From: Lenisia limosa
Lineage: Eukaryota; Protista; Breviatea
Reading direction: 5' to 3'
Assembly (NCBI GenBank): GCA_001655205.1
Contig: LPNZ01009195.1
Location: 1 to 35,578 of the forward strand
DNA length: 35,578 nucleotides
Shown here: positions 12,944 to 24,204 of the stretch, in pieces
Position numbering within the stretch: position 1 is the stretch's first letter
Layout of the letters: each line of letters starts with the position of its first letter
Notes under the pieces: generated by a model
Told to the model about the DNA's origin: nothing
Seen by the model: the letters and a program-made list of their open reading frames with translations, nothing else
Database searches by the model: none
Program-made: the position numbers and the translations under genes

Positions 12944-15900
12944 ATGAAAATATCATCAGCTGTTATGATGTTGATGTCTTTACTACTATTTTTAGCAGTT
13001 TCAGCATTCAAGTAGGTGGTGTTCCTCGTTGCTTTTGCCTCCTCCACACTTTAAAAAAGAGAAATATTCTTCATCCATTTTTAGAATGTCGTCTTCAAAT
13101 GACTATGTTTTTGAAACCCTGACTGTTGAAAGTAAAGGGGACGTATACACTTCTTCTGGTTTCTTGGGATATTTCTTCTTCATCTTCCCGCAGCTGGAAT
13201 TGTTGCCAACTCCATTGAAGTCCAGACTATCAATAGCATCCCTACCTCGAAATTGACCGATTTGACCACAAATGANNNNNNNNNNNNNNNNNNNNNNNNN
13301 NNNNNNNNNNNNNNNNNNNNNNNNNNNNNNNNNNNNNNNNNNNNNNNNNNNNNNNNNNNNNNNNNNNNNNNNNNNNNNNNNNNNNNNNNNNNNNNNNNNN
13401 NNNNNNNNNNNNNNNNNNNNNNNNNNNNNNNNNNNNNNNNNNNNNNNNNNNNNNNNNNNNNNNNNNNNNTGACTTGATGAGATGGTAAGCCTATATCGAT
13501 ATAATGGTCTTTTTCTGCCAGTATTGTACAAGTAGTCTCTAAATATCTGATGTATGAGGTGTTTTCTTTGGCTTGACCACTCATGCAGGTGAATTCCGTG
13601 AAATCATGAAGGTGTCTATTTCTACCCAAAGCCCTGGAAAAGCCTTTATTATGGCTCAAATCTGTGCTAACGTATGGGGAGAGGGGCTCTGTGCTAACGT
13701 ATGGGGAGAGGGGCTCTGTGCTAACGTATGGGGAGAGGGTAAGTTGGAGCAAATGTGTTATTTTACCCATTTAGGTTGGGACCAGTGTTCGGCTCCAGTG
13801 TCGTTTTGCATCAGACCCCCAAGACATCTCAAGTTGGGGGTTAAGCTAAGCATATCTGGATTACATTGTGACCCAAAGGCGGTGACAATATTATTATTAT
13901 TTTATTTCAGAGCTTTACTAAGCTCTAGTGATAGTAGTATCATAGAGGTGATGTATATTTTCATTGTCGATACTTTTAGTTCACATTTATAGGTTACTCT
14001 AGGGCTTTTGAAAGCTCGGCAACCAGCACTAATGGTGTTTACTGCATCCCTCTCTTCACCACCCATGATTATCTCGATACATTCCATGAAGACAAAGTTT
14101 GTTTTTGTTAGTGCTTTCTCATTGCTATACATAATATCCTGATAATACATGATCGTATGAATCAGTTCGGCCTGAAAACACTTTTTTTGTGAAAGTACAA
14201 TTATCATTTATAATCAATTTCTTATCACTTATGACATAATGAAATTATTTTACCTCCACTTAGGTTCTCTGTAGCACTACTGGATCAGTTACTTTCGTCA
14301 GCTCTGTCGGTACCGACGCATATCCTGTTAAAAACTATCTGCACATTGGTAGGAGTACTCGCATAGTATCAGTTTGCTTTGCCTTTGCCTTGAAGTGGTC
14401 TGTACTAGAATCCTTAATCGTTTTAGTTGCGTTACAGGGCGAAACAGTGAGCATGAAAACTGGTACGACAGCCAGCTATTCCAAGCCATCTTCATCAAGC
14501 AGCCATGTAACATCATGTGACTGGGATATTTATCTCTAAAGAGGACCTCAAAGGTTTTTTATTAATAATATTGAGATATCATGTCACGATAATTGACCGA
14601 AAAGTCTCATATCCACTCATGGTAGTTGACAGACAAGTCTTGGGGCTACATAGACTGGGAATTTTTGGTGTGTAATATCATCTAATAACCTTTTGGGGAT
14701 GTAGAAATGAGAAATAGGTTGTCTTTCACCTACCAGCATTGATACCCGGATCCACCATATCGACATCCAACTATAGATTTGATGCTGTGACCTTTGGTGT
14801 GGCGGACGTGTGTCTTGTAACCGGCGGAAACTGGCTGTCTGTTGCCCATGGCGTTGATGGTGGGATGGGAGCGTTTGGCGTCAAAACATGGGACATTATT
14901 GTGTCTTTTGATTGAGAAGGATTTTATTGGATTTACAATGGAAAATTTTCTGTCTCTATATTAATCTCTCAGGCAATGTTCCCCTTGGAATGATTACATC
15001 ACAAGGTGCCACTAGCACGATTGCGCAGTTGTCAAGTGTTGCATTTACTTCACACAGTATGCGTCAACTTTCATGTTCCATGAAGTTATCCCAGAAAAGT
15101 AGAATTTTCTCTCTTCATTGACCTTCCCTAGCTGCAAGCACCTCTTCGAGTTCTCTTTACTATGATACTGGGTTAGCCTAACAGTGGAGTGGAGTGGGAG
15201 CTGTAGTAATCATGGATGATGAAGTTAATTAATATTCATTTTTAATACCATGATAAAATCATAGCTACATATGATAGATATGATACTATGTACATACATA
15301 TAGTTTCTATGATAAATATATAGCCATATGATAGAATATAGCAATGAGAAATATAAAATAAGGTTGTCTGGCCGAAGCCGTTCACACCATCACGCTTATA
15401 AGAGATATTGGATTATTATATTATAATATTTATTTACCCAATCATTTGCCTTACAACTCTGTGCACACAGCTTTCTGTGTGCCTCCCCAAATGATCATAT
15501 TTTGTACTACTATATGACATGTACATAATTATAATTATGTATGTGTAGGACACCACAGTAATACCATATCATCAACACCATCATTACTTATTACTACAAC
15601 TTAATATCATAGTTTGCTTCTTTTGGCGATATTTATACTCAAAAAGCAGAGTTATTCTCAGGGTATTTTGGATTTGAATGTTGTTTACTTCACTGAACAG
15701 TATCGCTGGAACGCAGTTTTTGCCCTCCCCTAACTCAGTGATTTCTATTCCAAGTCGAATTGTTGACGTTGCAAGAAGGTTTGTATGTTTTGAAACCAGC
15801 TATTCGCAAGAGTTTTTCTTATTTCCGAGTTTGATTTATGCATTTATAATTTTTTAGAATGTCTGTACAAGTCCAGCTTGAATCTCCTACCAGTCCCCTG

Positions 15901-16730
15901 TAGGCAATATTGATATGATCAACACATATGGCTATCGTTTTATGTGTATTCTTTTTCATCTTGCTTGATTATTGATTTATCCAGGTTACTGTACAATGAC
16001 ACGTTTACAACCTCTGCACCCACTGTGACTACTATCATGTGCACTACACAATACGACGTTTCATCAGAACATGGCACTTTCCAAGTCACTCTTGAGGTTG
16101 GTTGCTGATCTTTCAACAAGGATGGAACGCGTATTTGAGGAAAAGGAGTTACTGTCACTTTTTGTTATTGATTAGATGGACAGTGTTGCGCTCACAACAA
16201 TTGCTCAAACCACAGAAGCAGGTTCTTACGAAAGAGCATCTTCTGTCCAATGGTGGGATTTAAACAAGAACTTGATAGTAATCCATCGGAAACCTAAATC
16301 TTTGGATTTGGTTGAGTTAATAGTCTCAATGCAATTTGGCTGGAGATAAAATTCGATGTTCATCACTGAAATTGCTTAGTAGACTTGTGTTTTACAAATG
16401 ATAGGGTGACGGACCTACCAGCCGGTGATCACAAACTGGAGCTTTTCATCATTGGAGAGGTGGGAGGGGGTGGAATACCATCAAACAATTTACTACACTC
16501 TCTTGCCGAAGGAGAACATCTAAATGATATGATATATTGTTATCATATACTTTGTATATATACTATGATATAATATCATATATCTATATAAATATATTAT
16601 TTATACTACACTATACATATCATATAATTATTTGTATTAACCTGAATAGGTTCGGGTGCTAGACTCCCGTCTTCATTCTTACGGACAAATCTGGGATCAG
16701 TCCTGCACAGTCATGTCAATCCTTGTTTAA
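12944..16730 (+). CDS. Uncharacterised multi-exon gene for a putative secreted/surface protein: N-terminal signal peptide plus at least two beta-rich domains; one N gap inside
   Basis: Seen: exon 12944-13011 MKISSAVMMLMSLLLFLAVSAF (hydrophobic, signal-peptide-like) joins in frame through GT-AG introns 13012-13084 and 13159-13193 to KMSSSNDYVFETLTVESKGDVYTSSAGIVANSIEVQTINSIPTSKLTDLTTN. Later exons read GEFREIMKVSISTQSPGKAFIMAQICAN|VGTSVRLQCRFASDP; PENTFFVK|VLCSTTGSVTFVSSVGTDAYPVKNYLHI; and LLYNDTFTTSAPTVTTIMCTTQYDVSSEHGTFQVTLE|MDSVALTT...ERASSVQW|VTDLPAGDHKLELFIIGE|VRVL...SCTVMSILV, TAA ending at 16730. Splicing of the 14.3-14.9 kb middle is ambiguous. Confidence 0.7.
13661..13740. repeat. 27-bp tandem triplication spanning an exon/intron donor junction
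   Basis: Seen: tctgtgctaac|gtatggggagaggggc x3. Confidence 0.93.
15336..15489 (+). repeat. Dispersed repeat, copy 2 (left-hand module), inside an intron of the secreted-protein gene; similar to 34835-34978
   Basis: Seen: aatgagaaata, tctggcc.aagccgt, cacgcttataagagatattggattat and acccaatcatttgccttacaactctgtgcacacagctttctg.gtgcctcccca are shared with the 34.8-35.0 kb copy. Confidence 0.92.
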
Positions 16731-16958
16731 GTTTGGTTTTTATTTTATGTATTATTTTCACAGTCGCTGATGGAGGTAATGAAGCCAAAAACACACCCGC
16801 ATGTACCGTAGCACTCAGAGTGTGAATATCCACACCTCCTCACGCTACCCTAGTATCTCTTGTCTTTTGTAAATAACTAAACTACATTCATAATAAAACC
16901 TGACAACATACAAGTACCTAAATAATACAACAATGCAGAGTAAGAGGATAACTCGCTT

Positions 16959-19900
16959 CTACTTGTGTGCCGGTGGAATGTCACCCGGTATGGGTGCTCC
17001 AACTGCAACTGCCTAAAATATGACACAGTATCGTCCACCCAACCTTTATAACTTTAAGAGCTGGTAGAACCGCTTCTAAATGGTTGACTTCTGTTTCCTT
17101 CATCAGATCAGATATGAAGGCCTGAAGGGTGAGATTTACCATCCAATTCAACATTATATATAACCAAACCTGGAATACTTTGAAGAACTCCTCATGTTCA
17201 GACACAACCTGTGACTGCCTTAACAAGTTAACGTTAAGGTCGTGCATGATTGCGCCCACTTTAATATGTGCTCTTCAAGATCTTGCAGTGTCTCAACTCC
17301 TGCATTTTGACAGACCTAAATCACATAAGAGCTGGAATTTTCAGTTCAACCTTCGCAGCAAGTGTCAGCTCTTCTTCCACTGCCTGTACCCAAGAAGTTG
17401 ATAATAGCATTGATTCACCTTTAGCAAGCCTAAAGCGGGGGTTAAGGCTTTGCATCATCCAACCTGTTCTCTTTTTCTGCTATGATAGCGTCCAATTTTT
17501 CGGCTGCTGATGAAAGTGTATCCGCCTGCAGACTGCCAAGCACCACTCTGGCAAACGTGGACAATTCACTAAAACGTCAAAACATAGTTTGACAAACCAA
17601 AGTTTGGAATTAGCGGTTGTCAAGGCAGGAATGGCACCGTCAACATTTCTGAAAAATTAAACCGAAAAACCTCAATGGCTACAAAACACCATAGTTCACC
17701 TTAGATCATAAAGGTTCAAAACATGCTTCACCACATTTTCACCTGGACAAGTTCCTGAAGAGGTTAAACAAGAACCAAGAAGAAAGGTTACAATGGACAC
17801 AACATCACCTCCATCGTTGTGAACTGTACATAGCGGCCTTGCTCTGTGAAGAGTACGGGACAGAATCATAGACAACTGGTCACTTGGTGTGTTGAGAGGA
17901 AGGGAAAGCGCATCACAAATACTGCCGTGTAGTTCCTACAGAATAAGTACAAACCATACAAACCGTGTAAGCTGCATGAGCCCTAGTTCCTGATTGCTGC
18001 AATTTCAGAATGGCTGGTTTCAGCTCAGCTGTGCATCCAACATTGAGAGTTGTTGTAGCTTCGGCAACAATCTAGATTTACTGATTAAACACATCTTGAA
18101 ACAAACCACTTCAAGTCTTGGAACTCTTCTTGCAATCACAACAGCGCGTGAAACCGAATCTCTCAGTCCGCCCACCGACCCAACTCCGAGGGTTCGTCCT
18201 TGAAATTATCACACTGAAAAAACTTACCAATGTCTGAAAGAACGGCTTTGCATTGAGGAGCAGTGAGGTCTGTTATTGGAAAGTCTGACGGTGGCAGGGC
18301 GGTTGATGGTGCAGGGTTCTTCAAAGCGTCTATTTCCCTAAAAGATCAATGCGAACTGAAAACTCACTGATGTGCAGAGCCAAGGTCCGATTTCAACTCA
18401 CGAAGCTGTCTACAGACGTGAAACGTAAACTCCAAACCTTTTTGTGTTATTCCACTCCTTCAGTGTTGGTTGGGCAGCGCTTTCTAGTCGAATTGTTTCC
18501 ATTTCTTCCTGTACCGTCAGATGAAGCCAAACCGATGGTAACAAACCCTCAATCTTGAAATAGTGTTATCCCTTGCTGAAATAGCGGAATTGTGAAGAGG
18601 ATTTCTGAGAGCCTTCACTTCATCATTAGAGAGAGCTCTACACATTTGTAAGGCAAAACAAAAAGAAAGAAAGATTAAGTTAATATCTCCAGCTCCCTCA
18701 AACTCAAGATCTGAAATGGTTGCCCTTGCATCTGCGAGGCTTTCAGTAAGACTCACCACTAAAGATACTGCATCAGCTGTTGCAAGACCCTTTGCCTCTG
18801 ACCTAAATGAATAAGTTGATCTCACAATAACCCTTCTACAAACTTGGAATCGGGTAACCGTGAAACAGACTTGAGCATATCTTCAGCCCTTTTAACACTT
18901 TGGATTCTCTGGGAAGGGTTAGAATTCGGTGGTCAAACCTTATCCGAGATGGAATCGAGCTTTTCTTGAAGGCGGTCAGCACGGGTTTGTTCTGTTCGAG
19001 CAAGGTTCTCATTTTGCTTTTTCTAAACAGTGAAAAATCTGTGAATAAATACAATTGCGGAAACCCTCTCACAGAAATAGCCAAGTCATTTATCTCCCTC
19101 TTGAGAGCTTGAATTTCAAGACTGCTACGCGCTTTAGCTGCATCAAGTCCAGCAATTGCATCCTAAAAGAAGGTAAACGCCATAATATATGGTATGTAAC
19201 AATCATAAATTCCTCCTACCTTTGCTTTAGTATCACTTTGTGTTTTTTGTTTTTCATTTACTTGTTCTTGTGCTTTGGCGGCGCTGAGCCGAGCCTCCAA
19301 ACTCTGGAGGTTATGTTGCATTCTAAAATGGTTAATTAGACTAGTGACGCTGAAAGTAACCTTTCATTTGATTCAGTAAGAGACGAACACATCCTGGACT
19401 TTCTTGAAAGCTCATCACAGAGGCATAATATTGCGCCAAAAAGAGCTGAATCCGAAGGTAGCGAAGAAGCTGCAATGTAAGACTTAAGGGGCCTCAAAGT
19501 CGCCAACCAGGAAGGGCACCTGGGAAGCCAGCAGCAGCAACAGCGTCGTAGGCCTCTGACCAGTTGGGAGTCTTCTTTTCAATTTGAAAATGCGATGAAT
19601 CCATTTGAAGGGGATCTGCAAAGAAAATAAAAAAACACTATCATTCAATATTAATGTATACATTCATCTACTGCACAAGATAAAATGTTAATAAATAACA
19701 AAAAGTAAACAAATAAAAAATCAATGAGCCATTTCCAAAAGCCTAAAGTGAATGTTAATAAATCCACCCATGTGAACATCAACCAATTAAATCCACCCGT
19801 CTGAACATCAACCAATTATTTATTAAAATTGTCAGTATTCTAATGAGCCCTCCCTCTCACTTTTTGGAATTACCTCAGTGTAACTGGAAACTAAATTGAT

Positions 19901-20855
19901 ATTTCCATTTTGAGACACATCAGGTATTGAAGGACTCACCAATTCAAGATTTGCAAGACCCCCTAAAAAAAAAAATGAGAGACCTTAAAACAGCACGGGC
20001 CACCATCTAGCAATCTCCCTGAAGAAGGCTCATGTGAAACCAGGTCGATAGCTGTATCATCTTGGTCTAAACGCATAATACTATTGACTTACTTACTTGA
20101 TTCAATGGGGATCGCATTTATCTCTGACAAAGACTCTTCTGAACAAGCTACATCAAGACTCTCCTCAACCTCCAGCAAGTGCCACGTCGAAGTATCACTC
20201 TCAGCTAAATGCGGTCAGAAACAAAACCGAGTCAACCATACCAATGCTCTCGGTTGGCTGTTGCTGAACTGCAGCCACTTCAAGTTGCTGATAATGGTCT
20301 TCGTGCTCATCAGATGGGAGGGAATCGGCCGCTGGTTCAAGAGGGCTTGTCAGCACTGCTTCCACGTTGCTTTGCTGTTCAACAGGTGCTTCTTCTAAGT
20401 TGTAACACTTCAATATTCCTACCAGCTTTCGCTCTTTCAATTTGGCCTGCAGGAAGAGGGGGAATGGATTGATCAGAAATAACCGACAAATTGGCAACAA
20501 AAGACTGCAGAGGAGATTGCTGACTCAACAGGGTTTCTGCTTCAGCTTTAGCTGTCCTAAAGCATGATTTCATGAAGGGCCTAGAATTGACCTGGGTCTA
20601 GGGCTAGGTGTGGAGGAGTTGTTGATCATTGGAGATGAGAGGAGAGGAGGGGGGGGGGGGATTATGATGCCAACATAAAATAAAAACAGACACTGACATA
20701 CTTAAAACGTTGGTTGAGAACCTCAAGCATTTCTTCAAATTCCTAAACCGCCAAAATTATTCCTGGTCCTAAAAGCTGCAAACCTGGTTATTAACAATTG
20801 CAGAAGATGAAGAGGGCAATGCACTTGCCATTATAGAACCGGGAGGCTCGTCCAT
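16959..20855 (-). CDS. CEP70: Centrosomal protein CEP70-like coiled-coil protein with about 20 or more short introns; the N-terminal part (about 19.85-20.86 kb) may be an extension or a separate gene
   Basis: Seen: phase-consistent splicing gives NWSEAYDAVAAAGFP...ESAAQPTLKEWNNTKR|QLRELKSDL...ENVVKHVLNLYDLR|NVDGAIPALTTANSKL...SEHEEFFKVFQ|AFISDLMKETEVNHLEAVLPALKVIK|AVAVGAPIPGDIPPAHK (TAG at 16959-16961). Established knowledge as I recall it: the CEP70 C-terminus reads [37 protein letters not shown]. Confidence 0.8.
19759..19818. repeat. 29-bp tandem duplication in a CEP70-region intron or intergenic stretch
   Basis: Seen: taaatccaccc(a/g)t(g/c)tgaacatcaaccaat x2. Confidence 0.88.
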
Positions 20856-21158
20856 TTAGGAAAAAACAAAGATTCTATCTCTCAGATTAAGATAAACTGG
20901 AATTTCTCCCTGATTAAATATGTATTTATTTATTATATCCGTGAAAGCACCAAAAAATTGCCAAAAAAACTGAAATAATCACAGGATTGTGATGATCGTC
21001 AGGATCTGCGTCGCCCGTTGCCCCCCTAAACACTCTCAGTCCAGACACCCAGACAGCCCAGATTCCCCAATCCCCAAGATTTCCCAGCTTTCCCAGGCTT
21101 TCCAGCAGAATACTTGTCTACTGTGTTTTTACTTCTTGTGGGATGGCGGGTCAATGAT

Positions 21159-21396
21159 TGATATGATATGATGATATGATGATATGATGATATGATGATA
21201 TGATGATATGATGATATGATGATGATGATATGATGATATGATGATATGATGATATGATGATATGATGATATGATGATATGATGAGATGATGAGATAATGA
21301 GATGATGATATGATGATATGATGATATGATGATATGATGATATGATGATATGATGATATGATAATATGATGATATGGTGATATGATGATATGATGC
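21159..21396. repeat. (ATGAT)n pentanucleotide microsatellite, about 235 bp, with occasional ATG and GAGAT variants
   Basis: Seen directly: gatatgatatgat... repeated; it explains the spurious HHIIISSY ORF at 21129..21398. Confidence 0.97.
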
Positions 21397-21596
21397 ATTT
21401 TGCTAAACTACCAAAGCGGTTTAGTGGAGGATTATATGTGTAAAGAATATACTAATATTTTAAAGGTTTGCTCCTGTCACCGCTAACATGAGTGAACTTA
21501 TTGATGCTTAGAACTAGCTGGATTGTTGTTTGCTTTGCGCTAAGGTATTGTTGTGCGTCTTCTTCTTATTAAGTGTAAATCATTGGGGCTCTTTTT

Positions 21597-24196
21597 ATGA
21601 GGTTAGTCAATTGTGTTTTCTTATCATCAGAACCACCCCATACAAGAAACAGGGAAAAGGGAAGCAGTCACACCACAAAGCTCGCCACTCCAAAACACCA
21701 GTGAAAACCAAGCATAGAGGGCATAAAATGAGTAGTTCACCTAAGTCTGGTAGTCAGCCAGCCTATAGTCCTTATGTGAGTGTGGCTTGCTTAGATTGCC
21801 AACCTTATTGTTTTGTAGAGATCACCTCCTCACCACCATCCCCGCGGATTCACCCACAGGTTGGCCATCTTCTTTTAAAGGATGCACATATAGTAGTAGT
21901 ATGATATACTGTATCATATCATATACATATATCATATGTATATATGTAATATATGATATGAAATTTTTTCCTGTGAAACAATCCATAATCTTACACCTTC
22001 CCATTTATGTAACAACTTTTTTTTTACATCTTGAAAGGATTTACTCTTTAGTGCATCTGTATATGATTCTGAAATTGAAGTAGATTCCTATGGGGAGACA
22101 GGAAATGGCAGTTATGATTCTCAAGATGGGTAAGTTGAAGATACATATCACTTATTGTTAGCGTCTATCCAAGAAGATTAGATACCCAGCCGTCAGAAAA
22201 GATATGTATATCTGGGGTTTGTTCAGTCTTGAGTTGGATTCACTGCTCAGTTGGAAAGCTTTTCTCTAATGACCTACAATGTGCTTTGTGATGATTATAT
22301 TGAGAGCCATTACTTCCCAAATGCTGACCCAAAGTAGTTGTTATTTTGAATTTGGGACTTATTTCTAGAGATTTGAACTTCATTTCAAGACGCCCTGCCA
22401 TTATTGTAAGCGCGTTGTCTTACCTTTTTCACACATTTAGTGTGAAATTCTTGCACTCTCTCCTGATATATTTGTACTTCAAGTTGGTTGAGGAAATAAA
22501 TAGAAAAATAAGAGTTAACTTTCTCTATTATAGGAACTAGATTATCGCAGATTTGCGTATCGTCATTTTCAAATAGTGTTCGAAAGGTTTGAAATGTTAG
22601 GGCGTCTTTTCTTTATGTTCAGCCATGGCTATTTTTCATTCTTTCAACAAAAATCGGGAAACAAGAGCGATGGTTGTGCTGTCTTCTACCGATCAGAGAA
22701 GTGTGTTCCTTTGAAAATAATGAATCAAGATTTCGACTGATTCACACCCACCCACTTTTCTTTGCGGACTCGCCCCATCCAAATGCACGACACTCAGTGG
22801 CTCTTGTAGCTGCTTTTATCCCTGCAAACTGTAAGTTGAGAAACACATCTCTTATTACACCAGCATCTTCCAAATGTCCACCAGTCCTGGATTCTAACGC
22901 ATGGTCTCGTCTTGCCGAGCCCGTTTACCCACATCCGCAGGTTTGTTCATGATCCCATTTTCTTTATTAATGTCAATTAGAATATGAAACATTATATTGT
23001 ACATCGATTTATTTTAAGGATTTGGTTAAATTTTTTAGAAGAGCCCCAATTTAGACCTTCCTCGAATTGTTGATGGACTGAATCCTTCACCCAAGGCTGT
23101 TTCTCTCCCTCAAGATGCCTTTGTTCTGGCCACCTCTCATATTATCTACAACCCCAAGTTTGTACTAAGATGTTGTAACTGATTCTATCAAGGCGAGGGA
23201 TTGTCAAGTTAAACCAAATTCAAACCCTTTTGAATTCTGTTGCTGCGTGCTTTGGTTTGTTGAATCTGGAGTCTGAGTGTAATTAACGATTAAGGAGAGT
23301 GTCCACTTGCATTGTCTGGAGATTTCAACATGACAGTTACTTCTGACTTGGCTGCCTTTTTGCAAACAGGTTTGTAATCACTTCATATATTAGTATATCA
23401 TCAAGCAACATGAAAGAATTGCGTATTCATTTTTATTAAAAAATATTACATGAGTGACTTTTTCACAAACTGCATAGAAACCTTTTGGTTGCTTAAAATG
23501 ACACTTTAGGACAAATTCATTTCAACCAAGAAAGTGATAAAAATTTGGACGGGCAGGTATGCATGCAGTTTTGATTTTTAGTGTTACTTACCTTTAAGAT
23601 TAGAAGGATGCGTGACATGGATGATCTGCCTGCTGTAGGAACAGCTTTTTATAACTGATTCTTTAGTCAGAAATGATTCAGTATCCCCCGCCACCGGATA
23701 CATTTGTACCACGAGCAATTCAACAGCATGTGGTATGCATTGCTAGTTGATGCTCGTAGTTTGGTTGGCTTCATAATTTAGTTTTGGCCCTGGAAATGTG
23801 GCACCGCCTTCCATCCGTTTGATCTAAAATCTGCATACCCACTCCTTCCCCCCTCAGTTGCTCCTACGTTCTCATCGTATCATCCTCGCTTTGCTGGTTT
23901 GTTGTGCTTTTATTTTGACGATTAGGTACTGTTGACCACATGTGGATCTCAAACCAGTTTTCAATTGAGTCATATCTTCCGCTGTCGTCCGTTAGTGATT
24001 TTAATGGCATGGTACGTGTAAGTTAATGAGTAATTGTTGTTTTTAGAAACTTCCAACCTTCGGACGAGGAAGTGACCACCAATCTTTAATGGCAAGAATA
24101 TGCCCTGCCTCCTGCAGTGACAAAGACGTGTCCACTTTGAGTTCTCATAAACTCAATTTAAAACAGTTTGTCGTTTGTAACTGCTTTACCGTCTAG
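21597..24196 (+). CDS. ANGEL: Protein angel homolog (CCR4/Angel-family EEP phosphatase/nuclease); start and first exons approximate
   Basis: Seen after splicing: FSLMTYNVLCDDY; EILALSPDIFVLQ|ELDY (LQE); HGYFSFFQQKSGNKSDGCAVFYRSEK; FVLATSHIIYNPK|RGIVKLNQIQTLL; CPLALSGDFNM; HPFDLKSAY; G|TVDHMWIS; GSDHQSLMARI, TAG at 24194-24196. Established knowledge: these are EEP catalytic motifs, and NPKRGxxKL plus CPxxLxGDFN point to the Angel subfamily. Confidence 0.88.
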
Positions 24197-24204
24197 AATC
24201 CACT

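Noticed and set aside
10249-13740. 27-29 bp direct repeats as possible CRISPR arrays
   Set aside because: The units are head-to-tail with no unique spacers, lie in eukaryotic introns, and no cas-like genes are present.
15000-15160. Minus-strand peptide REKILLFWDNFMEHES resembling a pogo/DDE_1 transposase motif
   Set aside because: It is flanked by two in-frame TGA stops, has no downstream FLPPN-type motif, and the plus strand here is better explained as exons and introns of the secreted-protein gene.
21129-21398. His/Ile/Ser-rich 89-aa ORF
   Set aside because: It is only the translation of the (ATGAT)n microsatellite.
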